From positions 1,674,001-1,738,000 of the forward strand of contig OZ218961.1 of NCBI GenBank assembly GCA_965112735.1: a stretch of DNA of 64,000 nt, in the 5' to 3' direction. Source of the DNA: Phaeosaccion multiseriatum (lineage: Eukaryota; Protista; Ochrophyta, other classes). The position numbers were made by a program, and so were the translations under genes. Below are positions 38,439 to 49,151 of the stretch, one piece after another. The notes under the pieces were generated by a model. The model was not told where the DNA came from and did no database searches. It saw nothing but the letters and a program-made list of their open reading frames with translations. Numbering within the stretch: the stretch's first letter is position 1; each line of letters opens with the position of its first letter.

Positions 38439-39548
38439 ATGGGGGACGTCAATGAGATGCTCATCATCCCCTTGCAGAAATTCGCAAAGGTCGGTAGGGA
38501 GAGGAGGACGACGGGGGAAGCGGGCGCGCTCTTCAGTGAGCAGTGAGGGCCGGAGTGGGCGCGGAAGGAGGAGTCATGCAGGGGAGCGAGAAATGAAGGG
38601 GCGCGGGGAGCTCCATGCTCAGCGTCCCCAGAATAAAGTTCCTCTCCTTCTCCTTTTGTGGGTGTGTTGGGCTTGTATGACCCTGTGCTATAGTTGCTGC
38701 AAAGTGCTGCTGTACAGACGGCACCAAACACGCTTCCTTCGTGCTGCTGGTTAAACTTCGCCCATCCTGCCCCCCCCCCCTCGGCTGAACCTGCAGGACT
38801 CTGTTCTCCTCATCAAGAAGTGCACAAAGCCGGACAAGAAAGGTGAGTAGCACTGGCCATGGCAAGGCCGGAGAGAAGCGGGGCCTCCAATGCTTGCTCC
38901 CCCTTGATGCTGCTTTGGTGGCTGGCTTCCTGCATGGCATGGCTCGATGCGTAAATGGCCTGCTGCCTTGAAGGGCTGCAAGGAGGGCACATAAGAGCAA
39001 ACCAGTATTGGAAGGAGAGGGGAGAGGAGACTCGAGTAGGAGTAGACGGGTCTTGCAAGGACTCCGCAGCAAGTTTCATTTTCTGGCATGGTGGATTGGC
39101 TGTGAACTTCTTGGCTTTCGCGTTCGGCAACTTTTCCAACACAAGGCTCTTCCGAGCTACCGTGGGATGGTGCAGGTGCACAAGAAGTTGAGATGGCTCG
39201 TTGTGCTCAGTGTATTATGTATGCTGACAACCCTTGCTCCCCCTTGCTTGCTGCTGTACGCACTACCCACCACCCACCCCTTGGCCAACACGCACGCACA
39301 CAGAGTTCCTCATTGTGGCCCGAGCAACCACAGTGGGATTTCTGGTCATGGGCTTCATCGGCTTCTTCGTCAAGCTCATCCACATACCCATCAACAATAT
39401 TATCAGTTGCGTATGTACTGCTGCAGTAAAGAGCTATTAAGAACCTTCCCTCCCTCCCTCGCAGTTTCCTCCCCAGAGGCCTAACGTTTGGTCCCTCCCC
39501 CCCTCCCTGCCTGCCTCCCTCTCTCCTCCCCTCTCAGTGGGCGGATAG
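38439..39548 (+). CDS. SEC61G: Protein translocase subunit Sec61-gamma (69 aa, exons 38439-38489, 38797-38842, 39304-39405, 39538-39548)
   Basis: Spliced ..[46 protein letters not shown]. Confidence 0.95.
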
Positions 39549-40321
39549 CGATAGTTGTGTCTGAGACTACCACTCGGACGCTTCAAGGCTGCTCTACGGT
39601 GGCGTGGTGGAAGGCGCTACGGGGGTGTGGTGGAGGAGAGAGGTGGGGGGCATGTGAGGGAAGAAAGTGGGTGATGCTCCGTGGGGATGATGTGGAGGTA
39701 GCCTTCGCAGAGGCCCGTCAAACGTGCGGAGGATAGAATTATGGGGGGTAGCAACCACATACTGTACATCTGTGAGTTTGGCCGTTGTTGACATACAAAA
39801 AAAAAAAACTTCCTTTTTTTTTTTTCAATTCTCTAATTCTCTGCTATACAAGTACTTGTATATCCGCCTGCTGCGCCACCTGCCCCACAAGCACGACCCC
39901 CAACCCTACCACGAGACCACAACCCAATTCTACCACGACCCCTACTCGGGAACCCGGTAAATCCACCCCCTTTAATTCTCTTGCCTTCTTCCTTTTCATT
40001 CCCACCATCCTTACTGTCTCGCTTCTCCCCTCATCTCTGACTTGCTCGCACTCTGAACCTCTTTAGCCCTTCGGTGGCTGGAACAAGAGGGATAAGAGCC
40101 TGAAGCCAGCTGCAGACGACAGCAGGGGCCAGCTGCTGATGAAAATAGGGAGGAGGACCAACGAGTAGTGAAGGTAAGAGAGGGACTCGAAGCCCTGAAC
40201 AGGGGTGGGAATCCACCAGCAGCTCGTCGGGAGTTCATGACGGAGAGACACAGATAGCCACCGCCCTCTCCATGTCGGTGGAGACAACCACGGAGAGATG
40301 GTAGGAAATGAAGAGCTGCAG

Positions 40322-40460
40322 TCGACCCTGGACAAGGCTATCCGGCCCTGATTACTGATTATGGCCGGCGATTACTGATTATGACCGGGCTGATATATGC
40401 GCCAGCCGGCCTGACTACTGATTTAGTGCCGGAGCACACTGTAACCTTGTCCAGGGTCGA
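40322..40460. mobile_element. Second, shorter MITE of the same family (opposite orientation), 6-bp TSD CTGCAG
   Basis: TCGACCCTGGACAAGG(C/T)TA TIRs; internal GATTACTGATTAT units; CTGCAG at 40316-40321 and 40461-40466. Confidence 0.88.
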
Positions 40461-40607
40461 CTGCAGATGGTCACCGCTCTCACGTCTCAAACCGGTGGAA
40501 GACAACCCCGAGCAGATGGTACAACTTTTCTTCTTCTCCTTCTCTATTCTTCTAATATATAAATATATGTATACAGCATGGGATGACATCATGTGATACC
40601 AAATCGT

Positions 40608-42272
40608 TCATTCGCTGCTTATAAATCCATCCACGAGATTTCCAATCTCGTAAGCTGTGGCCGCACAGCAGCCACCCAAAAGCAGCATCTCTAATCCTGA
40701 CCAATACCAGGCTCGTGTGCCGAACTGGCTCTTGACTGCTCCCATGCTGAACAGCGCGCACCCTGTGAGTGAGTGAGTGAGTGAGTGAGTGAATGTGGCG
40801 GGGAGGGGAAGGGAGGCGAAAAAAAGGGGGCAAGTCCGGAAACAAACGGCGTCAGAAGGCGATGTTTGTAGTGGGCTGTGCCAGGCCCGGCCTCTTCCGC
40901 GCTTCTTCTCACCCGTCACCATGCAGGCAATCACGAAGAGGCTGTGCGGGGTCATGTCTGGGAAGAGTAAAGGGAAGACTGCGTACCCCAGGAGCGGCAG
41001 TGCGCCGAAGCCCGCGAATGAACAAAACATGATGACCTGCAGCAGAGACAAATTACACGCACGCACGCACGCACACGGGGAGGGGAGGGGAGCGAAGGGT
41101 TGCCAAGGGTGAGAACCCCGAGCCAGAGAGTAGCTTGAGCGATTGCGTTTGCGCTTGCCCAGGTTGTATGTGTACTTACTCCTTCTCGTACGATGCTTCC
41201 CTCGTCCTCGTCGGGCACCTGCAAGCCCAGCTCCTCCACCATCATGAGGTTGATAAAGAACTCGTCGTACTTGGCCATCTTATTGATGACGTCAGAAGCG
41301 TCTTCCCGTGACATCCCTCTCTCCGTGAAAATCTCCACCTGTTGCCCCACCCACGCCAGACCAGACAAGAAATTAGAACAGACCCAGTGTTGGGCGAAGT
41401 GAGCTAGCTCATTCAACCCCTCTCTGTGTCTGCCTCACCATCTCCATGATCTCGCCTTCCCGGTGGTTCTTTAGCTCCCATTCCTCCCGCCTCTTCTCGG
41501 CCAGAATATACTCGTTGTGCGCCTTGCTACTGAGGTACTCCCCCACACCTGGCCAAGAGGCAGGGCGAAGACGGTACGGTGTGCGGTTGGGGCATGTCGG
41601 GCAGCCAGCCAGCCTTACCTTCGACCAAGACAACAGCCACAAGCAAGACTTACCCATGCTCAATGCGTCGGCAAAGATGTTTGAGAAGCCCAAAACCAGA
41701 ACCGCGTTGATGTCGAGCCCCCCTCCCGCTGCTCCAGCTACAATGGCAAAACTTGTGAGAATGCCATCCAGACCCCCAAAAATCATAGGTTTGACGTAGC
41801 TTCCGCCTACCAGCGAGTGAGTGAGTGAGTGAGCGAGAGAATCAGTGGCCCATGGACGAGGGACAAGGGAACATAGCAGCGAGAATACCACAGGCAAAGG
41901 TACGGACGCAGAAAACAAAACGCGTGAGGGCCTCCCATACCCATATCCAAGTTGTTGGTCACACAAGAGAATGAATGGGTCTGCGCTGGCCCGGTCGGGG
42001 GCCACAACTTCGGGGGCCACAACTCCAATAGCACTGGAACAGCAAACTCTGTCGTGGGTGCCCTGCCTTGGTCCGCGGAGACCGGGCAAATCACCACAAG
42101 GAAAGAAGCTTGGGATTCCACACTCACCAGCAGAGTGGTCTTCGTCGTGCAGCATGCCTGCCCGCGAGTCGTGCAGCAGCCGGGAGGCCTCTGCGTCTCG
42201 GTTCTGATAGGCACCTTTAATTTCTTTGTCATTTGCATGCAAGAGAGGCGCTTGTTCGCCATTGAGGCTCAT
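40608..42272 (-). CDS. VIT1: VIT1/CCC1 family vacuolar iron/manganese transporter, multi-exon
   Basis: IFGGLDGILTSFAIVAG, NIFADALSMG, GEYLS, EKRREEWE, MMVEELG, FGALPLLGY. Confidence 0.93.
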
Positions 42273-42791
42273 CGTGGCCCGCCTCGAAACCACTCTCACA
42301 GCACCCACTCCCTATTCGGCGCGAGGGAGGAGCAGCAACGGAAAAAGAGACACGGTGAGTCACTGGGGGGCTGAGGAAGGAGGGCGTCCAAGGATGCAGA
42401 TGAAGTGGGAAGCTTTGGGTGCCGGCAGGGGCAGGAGATCCAACATGTGTTGCATTTGTTTCTTGTTCCAGCTATCCCAACCAAGGCTCTCCCCAAGTTG
42501 ACTTCAATTCCCGGACTGCTGTCAAGGCAGCTGCTGCTGCGCACCCCCTTCCTGCTGCTGCTTACCTCCTCTCCTCCACGCTCCTGACCGTGCTCTGACG
42601 CCCGACTTTCCTGAAGTGCACGCTCTGGGGCGAGAAGCAAGAGGCTGTAGTTTCTGCGTGGTGGCGCTGGTTGGGGGGGGGGAATATGTCAACAAATCAG
42701 ATCGCCCACGCCTTGTATCTTCACCTCCCCCGTGCTCCTCCCTCTATTGGGCGGACCAGCTGCAGCAGCAGAAGTTGCTGGCGCAGCAGCC

Positions 42792-45700
42792 ATGTCTCTC
42801 GCAGAGGAGGACGAGGAGGGCAGACAGAGGAGCGAGCAGCAGCAGCGTCGGGAGGGCAGGGGCCACGAGCGGAAGCGCCTTCGGCAGGGAGAGGACAGGA
42901 CGCGGAGTCCGAGCCCCTTCACCAAGGAGCGGCGCTCCTGGGGCACCAAGGTCTGGCAGACCTTCGAGCTGATCCGCCACAACGCGCCATCCACGCAGAG
43001 CTCCACCACCACCGCGGAGAGCGACGGGGAGGATGAGGATGGGGCGTGCAGCTGTCCCAGTCCTGCTGTGCCTGGAGGGGCGACATGTGTGGATGAGACA
43101 TGCGTAAACTATGCCATGAGCACGGAGTGCCCGAAGGGTGGCTGCCATCCAGGCTGCCGCAACCAGCGAATACAGAGAAGAGAAGGTGTTCCACTGGACG
43201 TGTTCTCTGCTGGGGGTAAGGGCTACGGCTTGAGGCTGAAGGAGGACGTTGCGGCGGGGCAGTTTATCATCGAGTACGTGGGGGAGATTATCGGGCCCAA
43301 GCTCTTGGCCAAGCGCATGGCCGCTACTGGCGGGGGTATGAAGCGCCTGTACGTGATGCAACTGTCCAAGAACCGCTACCTCGATGCTCGCTACAAGGGG
43401 TGTGTGGCGCGTTTCATTAATCACTCTTGCGAGCCCACGGCGAGGCTGGACAGGTGGCGTGCGGCGGGCAGGACGCGAACGGCAGTGTTCTCTCTGCGGG
43501 ACTTGAAGGCCGGAGAGGAGCTCACCTTCGACTACCAGTGGGAAGTACACCCCTCTCGGAAGAAGACGCCTTGCCTTTGCGGCACCCCGTCGTGCAGGTA
43601 CACTACTTGTCAGTGCACAGTGCAGCGGGCCCAGTACCACGTCTCTCAAGTCAAGGCAATTCCTCTCCCCCCCCCCCAAACGCTGCTTTTCTTTGTTGCG
43701 GACTGACTTGGCAGGAAATTCATTGAGGCGAACGAGGGGGCGGTGCCGTCGGCCATTGCCAATTCCATCAAGGGGAGGTGGAGGGTGCCAAGAGAGGAGG
43801 ACCTTGCGGACCCGAGGAAGATTGTTGGGCACAGAGTGCGAGTGTTGTGGGAGGGTAACTACATGTTCTTCTGCGCGCAGGTGATGGACTACTCGGCGGC
43901 CAAGGAGGCCTACGATCTGCGCTATGAGGAGGATGGGGAGGAGGCAGAGGAGAAGTTGCAGCTCAGTGGCGGCAACAAGTGGGAGATCTTTGAGCGCTGC
44001 GGGGAGGAAGAGTCCATGATGATTGCCAAGAAGGCGGGTCTGGTCCGCAGCATGTCCACAGGGGCTTACCATGGGGACTCTGACGAGGACGACGAGTTCG
44101 ACAGCAATCGGCGGAAGAGCAGGCTCAATTTGCTGCTACCTGTGGCCCCAGCTCCGATCAAAGCAAAGGGCCGGAAAATTATGAAACTCTTCGTCGCGCC
44201 GGGCCGAGAGATTTCGGATCTGATGCAGCGACAGAGGGAGGCTGTTAGTCGCATCCAAGCGCGGACGGGGTGCTTCGTGCAGATGGATGTGGTGCGCGGG
44301 GTGGAGCCGACGGCAGCTGCCGCGACCGCCAAGGCGCAGTACAAAGTGATCCGCTGTATCGGCACCAAGGAGCAGGTGGAGGCTGCAATAGCAGCGGTGG
44401 GTGGGGAGCGAGTGAACGTGACAAACCTCGACGACTGGCTGCACTTGAGGATGAGGGAAGAGGCGAAGCACATGGAGGCAGGGAGGGATGATCCTGCGAA
44501 GCTCCGGGTTCGGAAGCGGTGGTGCATGGGCTACGACTGGCATAGCTTCTGCCCCGCAGACCTGGAGGGCATCATCAAGGGGCCCGGCAACGTGGAGCTG
44601 AGGAACGCCCTGCAGGTAGAGGAGCAAAAAAGTCTTACGAGGGTGGGAGAACGGGCTCGATTTGTCTCTTTTACTGGCCCTTTCTCCGCTGCCACACTAA
44701 ATCCCAATTCGCCGTGTTTTGGGCAGGTGCTGGAAAGCGTCGGTGACCGCATCAAGGCCAAGGAGAAGCAGCGCTTGTCTCGGGATGTGACTTTGCACTC
44801 CGCCGTTCTCATTTGCCGCTACCTCGCCCTGGCACACTCCCCGAGGCTCGAGGCTGAGCGCAAGGCCATGCGCAAGTCCCAGGCCCGACTCGGGCTCTTC
44901 GAGGCCACCATCGCGTGCATTGCCCTGGCCAATAAGGCACTGAAAGTGCGTGCAGCTGCCAAGCCCATGAAGAGGGGCGTCTTGTTGTCAGCGGCGTACT
45001 CGGTGCAGTTTCCTGGCCGGGAGGTTGAAATCGGATCGGAGGAAGCTCGGCAGTGGGAGGTGAGGATGGACATGCATAGCGCACAGCCCCGCCCTGCACG
45101 TCTGTTCGTGAGCTTCACCCTCCTTGTCGGTGCGCTCTCCTGCTGACCTCCTCCCAGGTGAAGCTTGGCGCGACGGAAGTGGGCATTCTGCCAATGCTGG
45201 GCTGGGATACACATCTCGCTAACCCGTTTGCGCTCTACAAGAAGAAGCGCGAGAGTGGGGAGCTCACTCCGGACCAGTACCAGAAACGCTGTGACTTGCT
45301 CTTGGACAGTGCCGAGCAAGGCTGTTTGGTGTGGCTCAAGTACGCCCCTATGGACATCATCTCCGCCAATCACCTCTTGGCCGTGGCCTGTGAGAAGGGC
45401 GTGCCCGGCCTGATGAATTTGACTGTTGCCTGGGCGCAGCTGCAGCCCAAGTACCAGCTCTACGCTCAGATTTGCGGAGAGCTTGCGGCTGTGGTGTTGC
45501 CCGAGCAATCCCCTGAGTACGCGGCGTGCTTGACTCTCGTAAGGCCCGATGCCTCTCTACAGGCCATGGCGGAAGACGCTTCCTTGCGACTCATGCCTCG
45601 CGGTGTGGACTGCGCGGGGCGGCGTGGCCTCGACACGACGGACTTTGTGTCCATGCATCGGGGAAAGGGGGCGGGGGGGGGGGGGTCCGGCAGAGGGAGT

Positions 45701-47769
45701 GCGTCCAAAGTGGTGCGAGCGAGCGTTTCCTTGGAGACGCTGCAAGAGGCGGGACTGCGACCCGTGACGCACGGCTTCAGATCCAATGGGCATGCTTCAG
45801 AGCTGCACGACGGGCTAGTGGACGTGTACCTTCAGGTGAGAGTAAATGTGATTCACCTTCTCGCCCCGCTCAGGCCCTCGCACATACACTCTCTCTCTCT
45901 CTCTCTCTCTTTAACCCGCCAAAACCTGCTCTATTTTCTTCCAAATAGAAATGGCCAAGCGAGGGAAAAAAAGAGAGTGGCGAGTGCGGTTTGAGCGGGA
46001 GCGCACTGAGTGAGCTGACTCTCATGCAGGACTTGCACAGCGCCACGGCGGCTTCGGAAGGAAATAGGAGTGTGCTAATGGCCTTTGCGGTGGTGCACGG
46101 TGTGGGGAGCGAGGCTGCTGCTGCTGCTGCTGCTTCTGCCGCTTCAGCTGCTGCGGCGGCTTCAAGCGAGCAGAGAGAAGACGGCGCAGAAGCAGAGGAC
46201 GGCTCGGACACGTCTGCCGTGGACACGGAGCTGTTGCGCTCCAACTACCTACTCGTCGAGCCGGTGCCCTACTCGCTGCAAGACGCCATCAGAGTCTATC
46301 GGAAGAGGCGCTTACCTGCGCCTTTGCTGCGCGCCGTTGCGAGGCAGCTGCTCAACGGGCTGGCGCTTGTGCACGAGCGGCAAGTGGTGCTGAAAGGGCT
46401 CGACACGGAACACATTTACGTGACAGAGCACGAGACGCTGAAGCTCGGCAACTTCGGATCTGCGGCCATGTGCGTGCCTTCTTCGTCTGCGCCCAAGAAA
46501 GAAAAGGAGAGCGAGCAAAGCGCCAAGAAGAGGAAGAAGGTAAGAGAGAGATGCGACACGCAAACACCGGCCTACTGTCGCTCGCCCATGCTCGCCCTTC
46601 CACAGCTTGGCCGACTCCTCCTCCTTTGACAAGCTCGCTCGCCTCCTCCGCCGCCGCCGCCGCCCTTTCACAGGCCACGGCCAAGCTCGTCGCCAAGCTA
46701 GAGAAGGAAGGGGAGCCCTCCGCCAGGGCCCTCCTGTCCATGGCGCCCGAGCTCATGCTGGGCAGCAGCGAGCCCACCCCCGCCTGCGACCTTTGGAGCC
46801 TGGGCTGCATTCTCTTTGTGCTGGCCACGGGAAAGCCTCTCTTCATAGGGCGGACGCGGAAGCAGCAGCTGGCCCATGTCTTTAAGGTGACTGTTGCATG
46901 TAGAGTCCTCCCTCCCTCCCGACCGGTGCCTTGGCAGTCGACACACCTCTCTGAATCCCACGCACTACAAATCTTCCGCCCCTTCACCCCGTCGAAATAG
47001 GTGTGCGGCAGTATCAGCAAGACGCTCTGGCCAGCAGGTGCGGACCTCCCTCTGTACAAGCAGTGCAAGCCTGTGGACAAGGACGGAAGCACCCTTCGCT
47101 GCAAGCCTCGGCTGCGCAAGGTGCTGTGTCCGGAAGACCACAGCTTAAAGCTCGACGCAGATTTGGTGGAGCTGCTGTGCGGGTTGCTGGAGCTGGACCC
47201 GGCGGCGCGGTGGAGTGCCGCGGCCGGCCTGGAGAGCAGCTTTGTTAGGAGCGAGCAGGGGGGGGGGGGGGGGCAACTCCGAGACGCCTGGCGCGGCCTT
47301 TATTCGCTGCTGGACGGTCAAGAGAACGGAAGTAGCGACGGGGTGGAGGGTGGACGGGTGACGACAGAGGGTAATGCTGCGGCGGTGGGTGGGCATGTTG
47401 AGCAGCCGAGGCAGGGCTCGCAGGTGGAGGGAAGAGGCAACAATAGACGCGACTCAGAGGCGCGCAGGCACAGCAGGAGCAGGAGCAGGAGCAGGAGCGA
47501 CAGCCGCGGCAGGAGAGGAGAGAAGCACGCTCGGAGCCGGAGCAGAAGTCGGACGAGATGGAGCACCACTAGCAGCAGCAGCACCAGCAGGAGAAGCGCG
47601 AGTCCCAATGGGGTGAGTTCGACGGTTCGCTCTTTCCACCTCTCAACGTGCTTGACACTGACTCTCTCTGCCGCTTGTGCCCGTATCCCTTTCCTTTTAC
47701 CCATTGAACTGCTTCGCTTCGCAGCGGAGGTCGAACGGCTCTTTCTCCAACTCCTATTCCCGGCGGTGA
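42792..47769 (+). CDS. Set2-like histone methyltransferase fused to Tudor-like, KH-like, cyclin, CDK-like (pseudo)kinase and RS domains; exons 42792-43597, 43715-45059, 45158-45835, 45949-46539, 46674-46886, 47001-47612, 47725-47769
   Basis: All six GT-AG introns preserve frame (4290 nt, 1429 aa). SET motifs EYVGEI, ARFINHSCEP, GEELTFDY, CLCGTPSC; cyclin-box helices; kinase APE, DLWSLGCI, QQLAHVFKVCGS, LLELDPAARWSA. Confidence 0.88.
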
Positions 47770-47959
47770 TGCGCGTACAAGCGAGCCCTTGGAGCAAGCA
47801 AAGCGGCCTTAGTCTTTTAAAAAAATAAATAAATAAGCATCCCTCTTCATTTTTAATCCTCATCTGAGGATTGGAAGTGGAGTTTTGCTTTATTTGCCTC
47901 GGTGGGCACGAGACACCTGTCTTTGGATGTTGAGCCTTGAGGAGGATGCTCGGCCGTCT

Positions 47960-48847
47960 CTACCGTTTCTGCTGTTCTGCCTCTGTCTTCCTCCTCTTTC
48001 TCTGCGAATGACCACCGTCTTCAGGCTCCTCTACTTTCCGCCCTCGCCCCCCCCCGGCATCGTCGCCACGCCCGCCTCTGTCCCCATCCTCCTCCTCCTC
48101 CTCCTCCTCCTCCTCCTCCTCCTCCTCCTCCTCTTCCTCTTCTTGTTCATCATCGCTCTCATCCATGCTAGCATTCGGGGAATCTTCCGCCCCGTCTCCC
48201 TCGGCGCCTTCCCCCTCCTCGGCTCCGTCACCATCGTCGAACTCACGGAGGATCTTCTTTTTCTCATTGAGGAGCGCGACGCTCTTCTCAAAGCTTGCCT
48301 GCTCTCTCCTCTCCTGCTCGGCCAACATGTTTTGCATCATGATCTGCAGCCCGTCTCTGTCCTTCTCAATGATGGCCTTCGCCCGGTCTGCAAGAATGGC
48401 CTTGCTCTGCTGGGACACAGACAGCTCCAGCACACGGTGCATCACCTCGGCATGCGGACAGCCGCCGTCCGCGGTCCTCTGGGTCAGGGTGATGCTTGCT
48501 ACCCTCGACATGGAAGACGAAGCGCCCTCCTTATTCCCCCTCCTTTTGATCGTAACGCTGGCTCCCCCCGTCTCCAGCAACTTCACGACCGCTGAGAAAA
48601 AGGGCTGGGGGGGCTCGATCGCCGGGGGAGCTGGTGACGCCAACTCCTCCAACGCCGCCACGACATTGCTCTCGACCGTTCCCCTCTTCAGCTTCGGTCC
48701 TTGGAATCCTTTCTTTGCCTGCGACGGGTCTTCCTCCCACACAGAGGGCCCCTTGAGCAGCGTGACTCGGTCCAGGATGGTGGAGGAGGTGGTCTCTTCG
48801 CACAGCAAGAAGTATCCTTCCTTCAAATCACACAGAAGCGACGCCAT
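47960..48847 (-). CDS. Hypothetical protein with poly-Glu acidic C-terminus and basic NLS-like end
   Basis: Open frame of ~295 aa with protein-like composition; no family recognised. Confidence 0.6.
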   Translation of the reverse strand: MASLLCDLKEGYFLLCEETTSSTILDRVTLLKGPSVWEEDPSQAKKGFQGPKLKRGTVESNVVAALEELASPAPPAIEPPQPFFSAVVKLLETGGASVTIKRRGNKEGASSSMSRVASITLTQRTADGGCPHAEVMHRVLELSVSQQSKAILADRAKAIIEKDRDGLQIMMQNMLAEQERREQASFEKSVALLNEKKKILREFDDGDGAEEGEGAEGDGAEDSPNASMDESDDEQEEEEEEEEEEEEEEEEEEDGDRGGRGDDAGGGRGRKVEEPEDGGHSQRKRRKTEAEQQKR

Positions 48848-49151
48848 GACGCGGGGAAGGAACACAAGGCAGCTCCTGCTCAGGTCTTGAGGAGAGGGTG
48901 GCAGCAAGTCCGATCACAGCCAGAGGGAAGGAGAGAGGATGACTGCCTAAAAGTAAAATAATATCTTCCTCTCCAACCATTTTCAAATCTGAAGAGAACA
49001 AAACAAAGGAATAGCGAGGAGAGCAGCAAACAGAACAATTAACCACCAGCATCCCCAGAACCATCAGTAGCGGCATCAGAGCTAGTAGCACCAAGCCCTT
49101 TTACCCCCCGGTACGAAAGAACTCGGCTAATAACTAGGCTTGGCGTCCGAT

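Noticed and set aside
38490-39303. snoRNAs in the unusually long Sec61-gamma introns
   Set aside because: No convincing C/D or H/ACA box arrangement seen by eye.
40322-40460. piggyBac-like reading (TCGA TSD, CCC termini)
   Set aside because: Does not fit the sister copy (TCGG/CCGA are inverted, not duplicated); a 6-bp TSD fits both copies.
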